From Candidatus Latescibacterota bacterium (GTDB lineage: Bacteria; Latescibacterota; UBA2968; UBA8231): a stretch of DNA of 64,000 nt. Shown in pieces: positions 60,824 to 64,000 of the stretch (its first letter is position 1; every line of letters begins with the position of its first letter). The notes under the pieces were generated by a model. That model ran no database searches, was not told the origin of the DNA, and saw nothing but the letters and a program-made list of their open reading frames with translations. The translations under genes were made by a program, and so were the position numbers. Location of the stretch: positions 2,976,001 through 3,040,000 of the forward strand of contig CBDETY010000003.1 in assembly GCA_965243025.1 (NCBI GenBank), in the 5' to 3' direction.

Positions 60824-61637
60824 TCTCATTTACACACCTTTTGACGTGACCTCCTCTTCATGACAGCTTTTACCCGGCGTTTCATGGGGAGCACAGAGCA
60901 TGTCCGCGGTCAGTTGGCCCCTGGTCTCGATGATATTCAGTTCGTAACGGCGGTTCAGCGCAGAGCCGGCGGCAATCTGGCAGACGGAGGTATGTTGCAT
61001 ACGCGGACGGTACACATCCTTGATGTGCTGCCTTGGCTCGTTGGACAGGATATCGTTGCCGTCTCCGGGACAGTCGACTATGAAGAGGCAGGGGGAGTCG
61101 AGGAATTCGTCGACGTGCGGCTTGATTTTTCCGGCGGATTGTGCGGGCACCTGCTGTGTATCAGGAACTGTGACGAATACGGGGATGAGGTCACGGTTTA
61201 CAGCTCACGGAAGAGTTTCCGCCTTGAACGCGACCTTCTTTTCACAATGGCCCAGCACTCTGGATGGAAAACTGTCGAAAATCTCTCTCACCAAGGATCG
61301 TCGACGGAGTACTTTGTGGATGCAATCCAGGGGAAGAAGGTCGTCGAGGGAGGTCCCCGGGTGGATTCGCACAGCCTCGACGGTCTGCAGTCTCTACGAG
61401 TCGTCGAGGCGATTCACGAGGCAGGAAAGACCGGCAGGCCGGTTGCCGTACCCCCAGTCGGGTAATTCGCAACCACTCCAACTCCGGTCCGTCGGTTACA
61501 GGGCAGCGGTCTCCGGTTCCATCTGCGGCAACAGGGCCGCGAAAAGCCGGGTGGGGGCTGGCAGCCATTCGACAACCCGGTTTGGGGGGCACTGAGACGT
61601 TTGGCGCCTGCGCAATTTAGTTCGATGCACAACTTTT

Positions 61638-62546
61638 ATGGATCTGGATAGTCGTCTCAAGCAGCTTCAAACTATCTGGCCTGAGGTCAGGTGGGTCGAT
61701 GCTTGCCTCATCGAATGCGACCATGACGTTGTTATCCTCGACAACGCACTGGTATTTCGTTTCTCGTCCCACAAAGTAACCCATGAGCCCCTGGACCGGG
61801 AGATTCGCTTCCTCGGAAGTCTCAGGGGACGCGCAGATCTCCTCGTTCCTGACTACACATACGTAGACAAGCTTTTCAGGGTTGCGGGTTACAAGCTTTT
61901 GCCCGGTGAACCTCTAACGCTTGAAAAGTGGACGAATATGACTCAGGAACAAATACGAGAGATCGCGGTAGGCGTAGCTGGGGTACTTGACGAAGTCCAC
62001 CGTTTTCCAATAGACGAAGCTTTGGCACTAGGGTTGCCGAAGGAGAGGAATCTCGTTGAAGAATTTGGCTTGATTCGTCATTCCTATTCCCAGATGGTCC
62101 GAAGGGGGGACCTGAACAAGGCGGAGAAGGGTTATTGCGATGACGCTCTTACGCAGCTGACGTCGTTTCTTTCTTCTTTGGAAGGCAGCCCCATGAAGGT
62201 CATTCACGCTGACATTGAATTTGACCATATCCTATGCCATGGGACCAAGTTCGGTGGAGTAATCGATTTTGGCGACGTGGCAGTTGGGGACCCGGCGTTC
62301 GACTTTGGGTTTTTTTGGGAGCGGGGGGAAACCTTCGTTGACGAAGTCTTGGGAAGCTATTCCCAGGCCTCCGATGATCTCAAGCGACGAAGCCGCTATT
62401 GGTGGTTTGGGATGGCCATCCAGTCCATGGCGCAGGCAGCAGAAGAAGAGAATGAAGGGGACTGGAAGCGAGCATATCGACTATTTCCACAAGACATCGC
62501 TCAACCTGAGCGGCGATTTGGTCCTTGGCGCCCGCCCAAGCCATGA
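61638..62546 (+). CDS. Aminoglycoside phosphotransferase (APH)-like kinase
   Basis: IHADIEFDHIL (HxD), GVIDFGD, GDPAFDF. Confidence 0.85.
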   Translation: MDLDSRLKQLQTIWPEVRWVDACLIECDHDVVILDNALVFRFSSHKVTHEPLDREIRFLGSLRGRADLLVPDYTYVDKLFRVAGYKLLPGEPLTLEKWTNMTQEQIREIAVGVAGVLDEVHRFPIDEALALGLPKERNLVEEFGLIRHSYSQMVRRGDLNKAEKGYCDDALTQLTSFLSSLEGSPMKVIHADIEFDHILCHGTKFGGVIDFGDVAVGDPAFDFGFFWERGETFVDEVLGSYSQASDDLKRRSRYWWFGMAIQSMAQAAEEENEGDWKRAYRLFPQDIAQPERRFGPWRPPKP

Positions 62547-62632
62547 ACCAGCGCCTGTAACGCCCGTAGTTTCGAGCCATTTCCCTTCTGGATAACCGGT
62601 TCCCCGTTCGGACATCGGCGGCGAAATGGGAC

Positions 62633-62654
62633 TGAGGTTACCCCGATTTCACGG
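62633..62654 (-). mobile_element. Solitary IS3 right inverted repeat
   Basis: TGAGGTTACCCCGATTTCACGG is identical to 58197-58218. Confidence 0.85.
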
Positions 62655-62666
62655 GAAAAACGCGAC

Positions 62667-64000
62667 TTAATCCTGTTTGAATAAGTAGATCAGATCCTTC
62701 CGTAGGGACTGTCGACCGTAGTAGACCACGGTGACCACCGCGATGAACAGGATTGTGAAGATCCCGCCCCCGTAATGCAACCATCCGATATCGGCACTAT
62801 ATGCGAAGTCGGACCTCAACCACTGGATGACAAGCAGGGCTAACGGGCTGCCTATCAGAGTTCCGTAGAAAACGGGCTTGGTGTACGTAAGGGCTAACTG
62901 CAGAACTATCACGCGATTGGATGCACCAAGTACCCTTCGTACACCTATCTCCTTACGCCGCCGCTCTATTAAATACGAGAGAAGACCGTAGAATCCTATC
63001 CACGCAATCATGGTTGCCAAAACCGCCAACCAGGCACAGAGCTTTGCGAAACGTTCGGTGGCCCGATACTGCTCCGCAATCATGTCGCTCAGGAAAACAT
63101 AGCGGAAAGGTCTTTCAGGAAGGACTTCCTCCCAGATCGTTTTGAGATGATCGATGGCGGACGGGAGAGCATCGCCAGTGAGGCGAACAGCAAGGGTGTT
63201 CCACAGTGACTCTCTCATAGCCATTACAACGGGCCCGATACCTGTGTGAAGGCTCCTGTTATGGAAATCCCGGACTACACCGATAACCAATCCACTCCGG
63301 TTCCCAAGCGATACCTGTTCCCCAATGGCCGTCTCTCCACCAAGAATCTCTGCCGCAGTCTTGTTGACAATGAAGGCTGCTGTCCTGTCTGTCGACATAT
63401 TGTTGCGGAAATTCCTTCCCTCGACCAGTGGAATTTGGTAGGTGTTAAGAAAATCCTCGTCAACCCCCAGGAATTTCACCCGTATCCCATCCGGATTCAG
63501 GACTGAGCGCAGGAATTCTGTCGGACCTCCCAGACCTGTCTGCGTATGCACCGCACTTGTTGCGACGACGGAAGGAAGATCCAGGAACAATCTCTTGATG
63601 TTGCGGTAATTTTGGACCATTGCGTCGCCGTGAGAACCTGCACCACGGCCATCTTCGAATAGTGGGAGCAAAACCACGTTGTCCTCTTCATAACCAAGGT
63701 CCACATTCTTCACGAAGTCTACCTGCGTTGACATCGCCCCCGCCACGATCACGAGCACAACCGACGCAGCAAACTGAAATGTCAATACTGCGGCGCGAAG
63801 ATACTCTTTCCGCGAACCATGCAAGTGGTTCCCACGTAACGCTTCATTCGGCCCAAGTCGGGACAGGAGTACCGATGGATAAACCCCGCTAAGAACGCCG
63901 AGACAGAGCGCGGCGACACATAGCCGAGGCATAGTCGTCAATACAGTTCCTAGAGAAACCTCGAACTCGCTACCAATCAGTTCCGCGAAGACAGAAGAGA
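62667..64000 (-). CDS. MacB/FtsX-like ABC transporter permease, 5'-partial
   Basis: FQFAAS, DLGY, IGVVRDFH, RRKEIGVRRVLGAS; frame is open to the window end. Confidence 0.92.
   Translation of the reverse strand, partial: SSVFAELIGSEFEVSLGTVLTTMPRLCVAALCLGVLSGVYPSVLLSRLGPNEALRGNHLHGSRKEYLRAAVLTFQFAASVVLVIVAGAMSTQVDFVKNVDLGYEEDNVVLLPLFEDGRGAGSHGDAMVQNYRNIKRLFLDLPSVVATSAVHTQTGLGGPTEFLRSVLNPDGIRVKFLGVDEDFLNTYQIPLVEGRNFRNNMSTDRTAAFIVNKTAAEILGGETAIGEQVSLGNRSGLVIGVVRDFHNRSLHTGIGPVVMAMRESLWNTLAVRLTGDALPSAIDHLKTIWEEVLPERPFRYVFLSDMIAEQYRATERFAKLCAWLAVLATMIAWIGFYGLLSYLIERRRKEIGVRRVLGASNRVIVLQLALTYTKPVFYGTLIGSPLALLVIQWLRSDFAYSADIGWLHYGGGIFTILFIAVVTVVYYGRQSLRKDLIYLFKQD

Larger units (their letters stand above)
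58190..60853 (+). mobile_element. IS256-family element with an IS3 inside its left IR
   Basis: 9-bp TSD CTCTTCATG (58181-58189, 60854-60862); IRs GAG-N6-TCAAAAGGTGTG.AAAT after removing the IS3. Confidence 0.93.
57827..61465 (+). pseudogene. Gfo/Idh/MocA oxidoreductase split by IS256 (57827-58189 + 60863-61465)
   Basis: IGLIGVG, VVSTPN, VLVDKP; halves rejoin in frame (KCLFM|TAFTRRF) to give 321 aa. Confidence 0.9.

Noticed and set aside
53770-62546. Antibiotic-resistance cluster (GNAT, ABC-F, APH)
   Set aside because: Only superfamily-level motifs; the ABC-F is broken; no specific resistance gene is recognisable

Overview
GC-rich bacterial DNA in two parts. About 1-33 kb is intact metabolic and envelope DNA: four PhyH-type 2-oxoglutarate dioxygenases, two mandelate-racemase/enolase-family enzymes, GH32-like and GH51 glycosidases, a CocE/NonD hydrolase, a Tat-exported sulfite-oxidase-family enzyme, an ECF sigma/anti-sigma pair, a FitAB/VapBC module, a TonB receptor-DUF4249 cluster, and FlgD-Ig and EF-hand/dockerin-like secreted proteins. 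This content resembles Latescibacterota/Poribacteria-like sponge symbionts (inference only). About 33-64 kb is a compositionally mosaic, decaying accessory/defence region with IS21, IS3 (4 pieces), IS1595, IS5/IS1182, IS1380 and IS256 elements, including an IS3 inside an IS256 inside a gene. It also holds a 5'-truncated DptH/MAD8-like nuclease-ATPase, an intact AT-rich three-gene module that looks like a toxin/antitoxin/third-component system with an ART-like toxin, an Mrr-like nuclease fused to a beta-propeller, a HEPN-like gene, and integron-cassette remnants (one canonical attC closing a GNAT cassette; no integrase in the window). A four-fold palindrome array lies between divergent genes at 25.9 kb. 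No rRNA, tRNA or CRISPR array was seen. All family calls are motif recognition by eye; no searches were run.
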